This document shows, piece by piece, positions 9,952 to 18,830 of a stretch of DNA of 32,554 bases (position 1 is the first letter of the stretch; each line of letters opens with the position of its first letter). The stretch is from Oligoflexus sp. GTDB taxonomy: Bacteria > Bdellovibrionota_B > Oligoflexia > Oligoflexales > Oligoflexaceae. Below the pieces are notes generated by a model. It saw only the letters and a program-made list of their open reading frames with translations. It had not been told where the DNA came from and did not search any database. Both the position numbers and the translations under genes were made by a program. The stretch covers positions 1 through 32,554 of the forward strand of contig JBGSTX010000233.1 of the NCBI GenBank assembly GCA_041736305.1. Reading direction: 5' to 3'.

Positions 9952-11343
9952 ATGGCAATCTCACGACGCTCTTTGCTGCAGGCTGGTAGCGGTAGTCTCC
10001 TGCTGACTCCGGGCCTCCTTGCACAGAAATCGCAGGCTGCGGTGCTCGATCGCACGGAGCCGCATTTCTTTCTGGAAATATTCATCTCCGGTGGTTGGGA
10101 TGTTTCCTATCTTTTCGACGCCAGGCCTCTGGCGATGACGGAAGCTGGAAAAATTCAGAACTATGTAGGTATTGAGCCCGAGCGCTGGACCGATAGCGAA
10201 GGTCGCAGCACCTGGGTTGGGCCCAGTGCTCTGGCACTGAAAAAGCATTTTGACTCATTTTCTATTCTCAACGGCGTGCATATGGCGAGTACCTTTCAGG
10301 GGCACGATCAGAATGCGCTCTATGCACTGACTGGAAATCCTTTCGGCGGCGATACGAATCTGGCTCAGTTAGGGCGCTCGCAAAGCCCTCTCGACTTTCT
10401 CCAGCAGGGTAGCGTCCTGGGGTCTAATTCTATTCGCAACAAGGGCAAGGCGATCACGCTCACACCCGAGAATGCTTTGCAGCTGACGGCCTCCGTGCAA
10501 GGCGGTCGCCAGAAGAGGTCGCTGGGTACGCTGATCGATGGCTATGTGGCAGCTCGACTGGAGGCCAATGGAGCGAGTCGACCGGCCAGCGGGCATTTTG
10601 CGGATGGTGCTTTCAAGATGCGGGAAGGTCTCAAAGGCAGCGATGACATCGAGCGGAGCCTCAGTGGGATCAAGCTGAAACTGGAGGATCATACACCTAT
10701 CCATCGCAATATGCAGGTAGCCTCAGAATACTTTCGTGCGGGATTGACCCGCTCGGCGGTCATCTTTCTCAATCCGCGCATCGACGCTCACGATAGTGGC
10801 ACTGCCAAGAATCTACCGAAGGCGTTGAGCGAAATCGTTGCCCAGCTTGCCGAGGTTTTTGACTTCCTGAAAAGCTGTGCGCCCGTATCTAACGCGAATC
10901 AGAGCCTGCTCGATGAGACGACGGTTTTAATCGGTTCAGAATTTGCGCGTACTATGCGGCAGCCCGGGCTGCCTCTCAGCAATACAGGGACGGATCATAA
11001 TCCGCTCAATAATAGTGTGATTCTGGGTGGGAAAGGTATCAGACCCGGTCTGATCGTTGGAGCTTCCGATTTCCGCTCCGCTGACGAGGTATTATCAGGG
11101 GCGCACCTGGCGATGGATCCAGCCCAGCTCAGCATGATGGGCATGCCCTTTGACCATGATGTTTTGGGGCCTCCGTCTTCATATAAGGCTGAGAATTTCC
11201 CTAGTTTTAAGGTCGATAACTACCTTAATTTTGCTGCGATCGCCAATACGCTTTTTACTCTCTTTGAGGTGGAGCCTAGCCTCTTCTGGACTAATGAGCG
11301 GAATGGACCTCCGGTTCGGGCTATTCGGAAGATACTTAGCTAG
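9952..11343 (+). CDS. DUF1501 family protein with Tat signal
   Basis: SRRSLL twin-arginine motif; FFLEIFISGGWD, IDAHD, LLDETTVLIGSEFART, GTDHNP, ILGGKGIRPG. Confidence 0.85.
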   Translation: MAISRRSLLQAGSGSLLLTPGLLAQKSQAAVLDRTEPHFFLEIFISGGWDVSYLFDARPLAMTEAGKIQNYVGIEPERWTDSEGRSTWVGPSALALKKHFDSFSILNGVHMASTFQGHDQNALYALTGNPFGGDTNLAQLGRSQSPLDFLQQGSVLGSNSIRNKGKAITLTPENALQLTASVQGGRQKRSLGTLIDGYVAARLEANGASRPASGHFADGAFKMREGLKGSDDIERSLSGIKLKLEDHTPIHRNMQVASEYFRAGLTRSAVIFLNPRIDAHDSGTAKNLPKALSEIVAQLAEVFDFLKSCAPVSNANQSLLDETTVLIGSEFARTMRQPGLPLSNTGTDHNPLNNSVILGGKGIRPGLIVGASDFRSADEVLSGAHLAMDPAQLSMMGMPFDHDVLGPPSSYKAENFPSFKVDNYLNFAAIANTLFTLFEVEPSLFWTNERNGPPVRAIRKILS

Positions 11344-11357
11344 CTGTCCGTATAGCA

Positions 11358-11388
11358 GGGGCCAAGGGGCCTCTGCCCCCTCGAAAAA
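11358..11388. terminator. GC-rich hairpin between convergent genes
   Basis: GGGGC...GCCCC stem followed by an A run, which is a T run on the minus strand. Confidence 0.4.
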
Positions 11389-11409
11389 TCCTATACCCAT
11401 CGCTTAAAT

Positions 11410-11835
11410 CTATTTTGAAAAGATTGAATTTAAGAGCTTTAGGTAGTCGCGCTTTGCAGTAGTTGAATAATTCGAGTTTTCTAGGGTCGATTTAGCCTTG
11501 GAAAAAGCGTCGTCGCTAGATTTTAATTTTTCATGCTGTGCATTTTCAAGTGAATCAATCGAATATAACGCACGCACGACCGTGTTCGCATCTGGAGAGC
11601 ATAGTATCTTTAACAGGATATTAAACGAATCTTGGGATTGGCTTTCATCGAGAATCTGGGCGCATCGAGCTTTCCATTCCTCTGACTTTTGAGACAGGGC
11701 CAAATCAAGAGCAGCCCAGTCACCAGCATTGAATTTTTCAACAATAGAACGCATATTGTCGCTCTCGACATCTTCCCAGTAGTTGATGTCTCTTATATTA
11801 TTTAGTGCTTGGTCAATCGCTTGAAAATTCTTCAT
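11410..11835 (-). CDS. Putative immunity protein (small, helical, HEAT-like) for the upstream toxin
   Basis: ATG 11835 is 7 nt after the toxin stop, with GAGG overlapping the TGA; no signal peptide; about 40% GC in hand-counted lines. Confidence 0.75.
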   Translation of the reverse strand: MKNFQAIDQALNNIRDINYWEDVESDNMRSIVEKFNAGDWAALDLALSQKSEEWKARCAQILDESQSQDSFNILLKILCSPDANTVVRALYSIDSLENAQHEKLKSSDDAFSKAKSTLENSNYSTTAKRDYLKLLNSIFSK

Positions 11836-11842
11836 GATCGCC

Positions 11843-14029
11843 TCACAAAAGTTCAAATTTGTCTGGTAATATTCCGGACCCGCCTGTTGGATATACCGAC
11901 GTGATTTTATCCCCAGTACGCATCACAATTACTTCCACGCCATCGATATTGACCCTTTGAAGTTCGGATACAATCCCATTATCAGTTCTTCTAGCGATGG
12001 TTTTCGAACCTGCAACTATTCGCCCAGCGTTTATAATTTTTTCATCTGACCATTTTTGAGGAAACAGTACAGTTTCTTTAGGGACAGACCAATTGCCGTT
12101 TTCTAAAGCCTTTCTAACTTGGCAGCTTATAGTTCCATCTGGGTTGCTCACTATTTTTTCTACCTGAAATAACTCACTATTTATAATAGAAGGAGAATGC
12201 ACACCAATAATCTGCTTCTTGTTACGAGGCTTCGGAGCCCCCCTCAGGATCTTCTCGCTAAGCTCAGGGCTTATCTCGGGCATTCCTTTCGCCAGAGCTC
12301 GGAAATCATCCGCCTTATTCAGCAGCTTCTGTTCAAAGGCTTCTTCTGCGAGCTTCGCTAAGCGTTCTATTCGCTGTGCCGATCGTACCGACATAGCAGT
12401 GTGGGCAGCATCGACCATCCGTTTCAGAAACTTTACGCCCCCGGTGAGTTTATCAACTGCCCAAGCACCCAGTGGCCCACCGGCGAAAATACTTCCTGCT
12501 TCGATCAGTAGACTTGCTGCCGCTATACTTCTATCGACTTCATCATTAGCCTGGCCGCTGCAAAAGTCTAGCTCGTAGTAGAGCTCGTAGAAGTCAGCGT
12601 AGGATCCAGCAGCCCAGTTTTTAGACAGGCAGGCAGCAGCACTCGGCGCCGCCTCTATAAATGCGGTAGCTCCAAGCATCAACTTGTCCAGAAAGGCAAG
12701 TTCCTCTTCATTTTGAGCTGCTTTATACATTTCAGCAATCGTTGCTGCCGCTTTGATATGCATCACCAAACCTTCGACGCTGGACAGCTGATTGATAGCA
12801 GCTTTGAGCCTCTTGGCCGCCTCAGGTCGCTGGTTGGCGAAGTCGCCATCAATCGCAGTGGTCACACTGGGCTCAAGCTGAAGATCGGTAAACCAGAGAT
12901 CTCGCGTGATGATCCCAGGACGATTCTGCTCCAAGCTGCCGAATATATACTCATTGACATGGTGTACAGAGCTTTCAAAAGCATTAAGCTCAGCTTTCGA
13001 CAAGTCGGATCGAGCTTGAATCAAACGAAGGAGCCCGTCTACGCGCTCCTGCCACTGCAAAGCCCTTAGAATAAGCTGTTGGCGAGAACCTAGCTCGAGA
13101 TCAGCCTTCATCGCCGAGACCGCCTGATCGGCCCATTCTTGATAGGGATAGGTGCCCAAGTCCTCGGTCCCGACCAGCGAGGCAAATGGCTCAAGAGACG
13201 GCAGGGCCCCATCTATTGCCAGCAGGTCTTCACCCCGGAGATCGAAGCCTTGTGCTCTTGCAGTAGCCTCAAGCTGCGATTTGGCCTCTGCTGTCGCCTG
13301 TTTAAGATCTTCGGTCTTCTGAAGCAGTTCTGATCGCTTGAGATCGATTCCCTTCTTTTGAAAATTATAGCGCTCGCTTGCTTCTTGAAAGCGAACCAGA
13401 CTATCAAGGCTTATCTCAAAGAAGTTCTTCCCTCTGACACCATTTAGGGCAGCTTCGTAGTCGAGATCATTCTGTGCAAAGCTCAGCTCTTCGCCCTGCG
13501 CCTGGTTGGCAAGCCCCAAGATCTCATTCCGCCTCTGTTCAGCCTGGGCCGCTAGCTCGGGAGCTAAAGAAGCTAAATCCGTCTCTAAGCTCCTTACCAT
13601 CGACCAGCTGCGAACAGTGGGATGAGCCTGATAAGTGGCGGTTCCAATGAGCGGGCTAGTGCCATTTGGTAAAAAAATATTGACCCATACCATCAGCCAG
13701 CCTTCGGAAATAGTCACGTTCTGGTCGAGATAGAACCTGAAATCGATCCTATTGAGCCCGAGATTGAAGTCCTGTGGCCTCGCACAACCACGCGAGACAG
13801 ACCAGACGGGCTTGCCGTTGGCATCGTATTCTGTCTTCCGGAGAGCGGTGTGAAGGAAATCTACCGTCGACCTACCATTGACTGTTATGAACTTCTGAGG
13901 CCCTGGGATTTGCATAGCCGATGGTCCCACACCGGCATTGGCTTGCCAACTAACTTCAAAACAAACATCGCTCACTGCACTTGCCAACTCAGCATGAAGT
14001 AGACAAAGGAGAAGCAGGAGGTATCTCAT
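11843..14029 (-). CDS. Polymorphic toxin: Sec signal, helical body, pre-toxin-TG-like linker, C-terminal bacterial EndoU-type RNase
   Basis: MRYLLLLLCLLHAELASA; DFYELYYELDFCSGQANDEVDRSIAA; tip IIGVHSP...NPDGT...KETVLFPQKWSDEKII...IDGVEV...ITSVYPTGG. Confidence 0.78.
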   Translation of the reverse strand: MRYLLLLLCLLHAELASAVSDVCFEVSWQANAGVGPSAMQIPGPQKFITVNGRSTVDFLHTALRKTEYDANGKPVWSVSRGCARPQDFNLGLNRIDFRFYLDQNVTISEGWLMVWVNIFLPNGTSPLIGTATYQAHPTVRSWSMVRSLETDLASLAPELAAQAEQRRNEILGLANQAQGEELSFAQNDLDYEAALNGVRGKNFFEISLDSLVRFQEASERYNFQKKGIDLKRSELLQKTEDLKQATAEAKSQLEATARAQGFDLRGEDLLAIDGALPSLEPFASLVGTEDLGTYPYQEWADQAVSAMKADLELGSRQQLILRALQWQERVDGLLRLIQARSDLSKAELNAFESSVHHVNEYIFGSLEQNRPGIITRDLWFTDLQLEPSVTTAIDGDFANQRPEAAKRLKAAINQLSSVEGLVMHIKAAATIAEMYKAAQNEEELAFLDKLMLGATAFIEAAPSAAACLSKNWAAGSYADFYELYYELDFCSGQANDEVDRSIAAASLLIEAGSIFAGGPLGAWAVDKLTGGVKFLKRMVDAAHTAMSVRSAQRIERLAKLAEEAFEQKLLNKADDFRALAKGMPEISPELSEKILRGAPKPRNKKQIIGVHSPSIINSELFQVEKIVSNPDGTISCQVRKALENGNWSVPKETVLFPQKWSDEKIINAGRIVAGSKTIARRTDNGIVSELQRVNIDGVEVIVMRTGDKITSVYPTGGSGILPDKFELL

Positions 14030-15276
14030 GGGAACACCTCTAGCAGCAGTTGATCGTAAAGTACGGTGGCTCTGGCTACGTCGTTCTTAGCGAGCGAGTC
14101 TTGAATACTGTCAACCCGAGAACTTTGATTCGGCGCCTTGGCCAAAACCATATTGAGACCTAGCTTCATGTTCGACGGCATCTGCTTGATCGAATTCCTC
14201 GCCGCATCGAGCTTCTGCACAGCGAAGCTGCATCCTTCAGTCATCCAGGTATCCTTTGTTTTTATCTCTGTTTCACAGATTGCGGCAAACTGGATAAAGG
14301 CAGTCATGGCCTGATACTTTTTTGCAAAGAGAGCTAATCCCTTCTGCGAAGCCTTGCTGTCGACGAAAGATTTTTTGATAGCAGCATTTATCTGAGCTAG
14401 AAACTCTGAGGCAGACTGGAGGTGCCGAGCTTCGTTCATGATCGCTTGAGTCTTATTATTGACATAGAGTTCGATGAGCGTGTGCGTTGCTATGCGGATA
14501 CGGTCAGCGAGCTCCTTGTGGCGTTCGCGTAAAAGCTGGCTGGCGGACACCAAGTTCTTCTCTCCGCGAATTACAAGCTGAAGATAGTCAGCTGGATCCA
14601 GCGCTAAATTTCCGTAGCCTCTCGCCTCGAGAAATTGACTGTGAGACTGGACTGCGACACGATAAGCATCCGTAAAATACTGAATTTCACCTCGTACCAG
14701 CTGGACTCTGCTGGAAGCTGCGGCCATATAATTCGATTGCTCGACAGCTAGTCGATCTAGCTGCACTTCAAGGCGCTGCAGTTCCACGCGATCTTCAGGG
14801 CGCGATGAGCTACTAGCAGCGTTTATCTCAATAGACATCTCTTTGTAGCGTTCGCCATAGATCCGGATGCGAGGCTTAAGCACCTCTTCAAAATCAGCTA
14901 CAAATTCAACAAGCCGCTTCCCTAGCTCAGTAAAGCGAGCCTGATTTTCACGATTGATTCTTTGCATCTCGGTCAAATGATACTGAACTTGACTAAGATC
15001 TTCATCGATCTCCAAACCCTCTTCATTTGCAGATCTATCGATAGAATCGAGGAGAGCCTGGCGTTTGATTTTCAAGTGCCTATCCATTTGAGTCCTACAG
15101 CTCTGAAAAAGCGCAATCTTGCGATCGAGGCATCTGATGTACTCACCGACCGTTGAGCCTTCTGGACATTGGACCTCCCTCGCCTGAGCGCAGGCCGCAG
15201 TGGGAGAAGCAACAGTGAGCCCACTATTGCCAAGTAGTAAGTAAGAAAGGACAAGGAAAGATAGCCAGCTCCTCAT
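14026..15276 (-). CDS. Secreted alpha-helical/coiled-coil hypothetical protein (toxin operon)
   Basis: Signal peptide; four N-terminal Cys plus a later Cys pair; 4-nt overlaps with both neighbours. Confidence 0.75.
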   Translation of the reverse strand: MRSWLSFLVLSYLLLGNSGLTVASPTAACAQAREVQCPEGSTVGEYIRCLDRKIALFQSCRTQMDRHLKIKRQALLDSIDRSANEEGLEIDEDLSQVQYHLTEMQRINRENQARFTELGKRLVEFVADFEEVLKPRIRIYGERYKEMSIEINAASSSSRPEDRVELQRLEVQLDRLAVEQSNYMAAASSRVQLVRGEIQYFTDAYRVAVQSHSQFLEARGYGNLALDPADYLQLVIRGEKNLVSASQLLRERHKELADRIRIATHTLIELYVNNKTQAIMNEARHLQSASEFLAQINAAIKKSFVDSKASQKGLALFAKKYQAMTAFIQFAAICETEIKTKDTWMTEGCSFAVQKLDAARNSIKQMPSNMKLGLNMVLAKAPNQSSRVDSIQDSLAKNDVARATVLYDQLLLEVFP

Positions 15277-16205
15277 GGGGTGGAGCCTCCGGCAAGCTGC
15301 GCTTCCAGGGTGCTCATCCTATTTCGAATAGTCTCGATTTCAAGCCGAGCTATTTTAATGGTTTCTTCAGCTTCTTCATAAAAGGCGGCATCTTCACCCA
15401 ATTTACTGAGCGTCGCAATCGATCCCGCTGAGAGGCGGTCCATCAGGGTCACAGGCCCTTCTCTCGCTGGCAGCTCGCTTAGCAGGGATCGAAGCTGCAT
15501 AATAAGCAGACGCTCCTCAAGCGTTAAGCTGAGGCTCGTATCGCTGCTCAGTCTAAAAAGGATATCGCAGTCATCACCCTGCTTGCAGCTACTCAACTCT
15601 CTACTTAGCTCAAGTACCTCCTCGCTCTGCTTCATATCGGCATCGAGGCTCTCAGAGAGATTTTTAAAGAACTTATATGCAGGCATGATAAGAGTCACCT
15701 GCTCGAGGGATGTGATCAAAGCCAGCTTACTGCTGAGTAGGGCCTCAAGTCCATTCAGTTCTGTTTGCCAGACGCTGCGTACGCGTGAGCTGGGAATAGC
15801 TCGAATTTCCGTGAAACTCAGTTGGCAGTCGAGAAATGAACGATTGGCCAACTCCTTCGGGAAGCTATCGACTAAACTTAAAGGACCTTGGCCGGTTCCA
15901 ACTAAGACCTGGTTTTGGACATCGTGAAAATTGAGAGTAAACGGTGCTCCGGTATCAAGCTGGAGCTGTATTTTTGAGGCCTGTGGGCCACTGTATCTAC
16001 GGTCGCAAGTCATCTTGTAGGAGACATAGAATTCGGACTCTATATTTTGCCGGGGGATGAGCTCTAGTCTCTCGGGTAGCTTGCAGTATCTCTGAAACCC
16101 GTTGACGACATCGCACATTATAATGTTGCGGCTTAGAATTGTCTCCGCAGAGGCGATCGAACTAACAAATAGAATTCCACTAACAATAGTACGCAATGCA
16201 TTCAT
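15273..16205 (-). CDS. Secreted hypothetical protein with a beta-rich N-terminal domain and coiled-coil C-terminus (toxin operon)
   Basis: ATG 16205 after AAGGAGA; MNALRTIVSGILFVSSIASA signal; six Cys; heptad-rich C-terminus. Confidence 0.75.
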   Translation of the reverse strand: MNALRTIVSGILFVSSIASAETILSRNIIMCDVVNGFQRYCKLPERLELIPRQNIESEFYVSYKMTCDRRYSGPQASKIQLQLDTGAPFTLNFHDVQNQVLVGTGQGPLSLVDSFPKELANRSFLDCQLSFTEIRAIPSSRVRSVWQTELNGLEALLSSKLALITSLEQVTLIMPAYKFFKNLSESLDADMKQSEEVLELSRELSSCKQGDDCDILFRLSSDTSLSLTLEERLLIMQLRSLLSELPAREGPVTLMDRLSAGSIATLSKLGEDAAFYEEAEETIKIARLEIETIRNRMSTLEAQLAGGSTP

Positions 16206-16227
16206 CAACTTAGTCTCCTTTTTTGAT

Positions 16228-16899
16228 TTAGTTTTTCCAGAGTTTGTCGACCACGAGTTCATGAACAACTATCGTACCTTCACCGCCTTCCAGTCCTTGA
16301 ATGCGAGCTTCGAAATTCTCGATAGCTCCATCACACTCTAGTTCAGGAAGGTCTATGAAGGCGTGGTCTAAATGATGTACATTTTCAAAGCGTTTTTGGT
16401 AGTGGACTTGCGTGCCAGCATGGGTACTGATCTCGACCATGAAGGACGTTGGAAACGTTCTCCATGCTTTACCTTTACACGTGCTGCCTTGAAAAAGACC
16501 CTTGCTCTTCTTGCCTGTGCAGTACTCTTCTCCATCAGGCGTCCAGTTCATGCTGAGCAAGATGCTGGATTTTATCACCGAAGGGTTACCATCGAGACTT
16601 TCATAAGGTCCGTAAAGCAGAAACCCAGCGCTGGCACGCCCTCTATAGACTATGTCGTCGCCTTCAATTTGACCAAGTTGGGAGGCAAGTTGGCTTCCAA
16701 GGAAAATTTTACGCTCTGTCTCGGTCCAGAGTTCATCGGGGAGAACAAGGCTGGCAAAATTATCGAAGTTCAAGATAGGGGTATTGGTATTACGTATTCC
16801 AGCCTCACCGCGTACAAAGCATGCTGCTTGCGAAAGGCTGGTAAACAAAAAGGAGCTTAACGAAAGACCAATTGCCAAGTGCGATGGAAGCTTTCTCAT
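16228..16899 (-). CDS. Secreted beta-rich hypothetical protein (first gene of toxin operon)
   Basis: Signal peptide ending SQA; GFLLYGPY; four Cys; RBS AGGA. Confidence 0.72.
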   Translation of the reverse strand: MRKLPSHLAIGLSLSSFLFTSLSQAACFVRGEAGIRNTNTPILNFDNFASLVLPDELWTETERKIFLGSQLASQLGQIEGDDIVYRGRASAGFLLYGPYESLDGNPSVIKSSILLSMNWTPDGEEYCTGKKSKGLFQGSTCKGKAWRTFPTSFMVEISTHAGTQVHYQKRFENVHHLDHAFIDLPELECDGAIENFEARIQGLEGGEGTIVVHELVVDKLWKN

Positions 16900-17198
16900 A
16901 AGATATTCCTATTCTTGATTACATAGGTTGGGCTGGTGAAACCAACGTATAGACGACGAAAGGACACATTTCAAGATCTGTATCTTTCTTAAGTCGACAT
17001 GAAGTGGAAAGGAATTATTTCTCTATTATTTTCTGCTTTTAGCAAAGAACCGTGCTTGCAATCAGGCAATGTCAATGAAAGGCTCCGAGGTCTTCCCCCC
17101 TCAACCGAACCACCTCCCAAAAAGCCTAAACTTTAGACAAGCCCCTCTATTTCTCTGCACTCCCCCTCCCGCAAGAGGCTCATATCTAAGGACTCGCG

Positions 17199-17215
17199 AA
17201 GGCACATGCCTTGCA
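17199..17215 (+). promoter_or_regulatory. Sigma54-like -24/-12 promoter
   Basis: AAGGCACATGCCTTGCA, i.e. GGCAC-N5-TTGC with exact GG-N10-GC spacing, about 46 nt upstream of ATG 17261. Confidence 0.6.
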
Positions 17216-17260
17216 AGATCAGCTCGTGGTCTAGCTCTTCCTTCTCTTGCTGAGTATTTT

Positions 17261-18049
17261 ATGCTGAATTGCCTGTTGAAGCTGACTTGTTTACTGCCTC
17301 TTGTTGCCTGCTCTGACCGTTATACGCCTTGGGACATAAATGTTCCCAACGAGTATACGCACCTCACTCAGAAGAATCTCGATAAGTTAGCCGCGCTTCC
17401 CGAGGCCAAACTCCCAATCAAGATAGCCCTCACTGGCGATCCCCAAGGTACGCCTGGAGATCTCGAACGGGTTGTGAGCGCGATCGATGATATTCCAGAT
17501 ATTCGCTTCATCATGGTGCTCGGTGATCTCACCGACTATGGGCTTATGCACGAATATGTATGGGCGGCCAAAGCTCTCCAGAATTCCCGCATCCCCCATT
17601 TCACGGTCATTGGTAATCATGATGCCATCGCCCACGGGCCGAAGATTTATCGAGAAATGTACGGCCCCTATGATTACACCTTCCAAGATGCAGGTGTAAA
17701 ATTTGTGATGTTCAACGACAATCAATTTGAATTTGGTACCACCGATTTCAGCTTTCTCAAAAGTGAGATCGATAGTCGCAGCATCGCAGCAGCCCATGTG
17801 CCTCCGGTGAAAGACATGCACACTCTGGAACAGATCGACCTTTGGACTAAGATTAACTCCGAGGCCGAACTCATGGGTTCGATTCATGGCCATCGCGGGG
17901 GTAATTATGACGTTAAATGGACCGTTGGAGAGGTACCCTACTATATCGTCCCGCGAGTTCGTGACGTCTACTTTTCGATCATGACAATCCATGAAGACTA
18001 TAAAATTAGCTTCCAGAAATGTTCGCCTGGTTGCGAGGATTCACCATGA
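17261..18049 (+). CDS. Calcineurin-like metallophosphoesterase lipoprotein
   Basis: Lipobox LVAC; GDPQ, GDLTD, GNHD, HVPP, HGH motifs. Start moved from 17069 to match the signal peptide and promoter. Confidence 0.85.
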   Translation: MLNCLLKLTCLLPLVACSDRYTPWDINVPNEYTHLTQKNLDKLAALPEAKLPIKIALTGDPQGTPGDLERVVSAIDDIPDIRFIMVLGDLTDYGLMHEYVWAAKALQNSRIPHFTVIGNHDAIAHGPKIYREMYGPYDYTFQDAGVKFVMFNDNQFEFGTTDFSFLKSEIDSRSIAAAHVPPVKDMHTLEQIDLWTKINSEAELMGSIHGHRGGNYDVKWTVGEVPYYIVPRVRDVYFSIMTIHEDYKISFQKCSPGCEDSP

Positions 18050-18696
18050 TCAGCCCTAGACTCAGTCTTGCCCTCGTCGGGGCACTTACCCTCGTCAAAG
18101 TCTCAACGATGCGTGAACTTGCGCGTGATCCGGGCCTCTCTGCGGACAGCCAGCAGATTGAAAAGGTGGAAAGTAAGCCCGAAGAGAAAGCTGAGATTCT
18201 GAGCCTTGCCCGTTGGCAGCCCAACTACGGGCTCTTGCAGCATTCTTCCTATGTGGGGCTTGCGGCAGCTGGCATTGGCTATGGCGAACGAGATAGTTAC
18301 TTCACCTTCGAGCTCATCTATGGTTTTACGTCTCGCCACTTCAGCGGCCATAACGTTAGCACCCTCAGCGGAAAAACCACTTGGCGGATAAGTAACTTCA
18401 ATATTTCACCGCAGTGGACCCTCACTCCGCTTTTGGGGCTCAATATCATATATAACCCTGATCCCGAGCTCTTTGTGCGTTTGCCAGATCAATACCCAGA
18501 TTGGTACTATCCGCCTTCGGCGATTCGGCCAGCCTTTGTTTTCGGCGCTGAGGTGGCTGGAAAACTGAGCTGGCGAGCTTCGATCGAGTACAGCCTGCTC
18601 GATACGGAGCTGCCCTATATTTTTAATACTAAGAATCCAAAGCTCGATCAGGTCGGTAGTCTAGGCTTCGTCCTGCGCAAAGAAATCCAACCTTGA
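18046..18696 (+). CDS. Putative outer-membrane beta-barrel protein
   Basis: ATGA overlap with the phosphoesterase; hydrophobic N-terminus; amphipathic beta-strands; YPDWYYPPSAIR. Confidence 0.65.
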   Translation: MISPRLSLALVGALTLVKVSTMRELARDPGLSADSQQIEKVESKPEEKAEILSLARWQPNYGLLQHSSYVGLAAAGIGYGERDSYFTFELIYGFTSRHFSGHNVSTLSGKTTWRISNFNISPQWTLTPLLGLNIIYNPDPELFVRLPDQYPDWYYPPSAIRPAFVFGAEVAGKLSWRASIEYSLLDTELPYIFNTKNPKLDQVGSLGFVLRKEIQP

Positions 18697-18701
18697 TTTT
18701 G

Positions 18702-18726
18702 CGGCTGTCGAAATCATCGACAGCCG
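18702..18726. terminator. 10-bp hairpin just after the stop at 18696
   Basis: CGGCTGTCGA-aatca-TCGACAGCCG. Confidence 0.5.
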
Positions 18727-18777
18727 ACTAAGCCTTCGCCAGTCGTTTCATACCCAAATTTTTTCAAAATTCGCTGA

Positions 18778-18830
18778 TAAAAGAGGAGCCCGCTAGGCCT
18801 TCGTGCAGAGCACAGAGGCCTAGCGGGCTC
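18778..18830 (-). terminator. Long hairpin, probable minus-strand terminator
   Basis: Perfect 15-bp inverted repeat GAGCCCGCTAGGCCT (18786-18800) / AGGCCTAGCGGGCTC (18816-18830), then CTCTTTT on the minus strand. Confidence 0.6.

Noticed and set aside
16946-16974. TTGAAA-N17-TATACG sigma70-like promoter for the toxin operon (minus strand)
   Set aside because: The -10 element lacks the conserved final T; too weak to call without start-site data
17069-17260. 64-aa N-terminal extension of the metallophosphoesterase
   Set aside because: It would bury the lipoprotein signal and it spans the likely promoter; ATG 17261 is preferred
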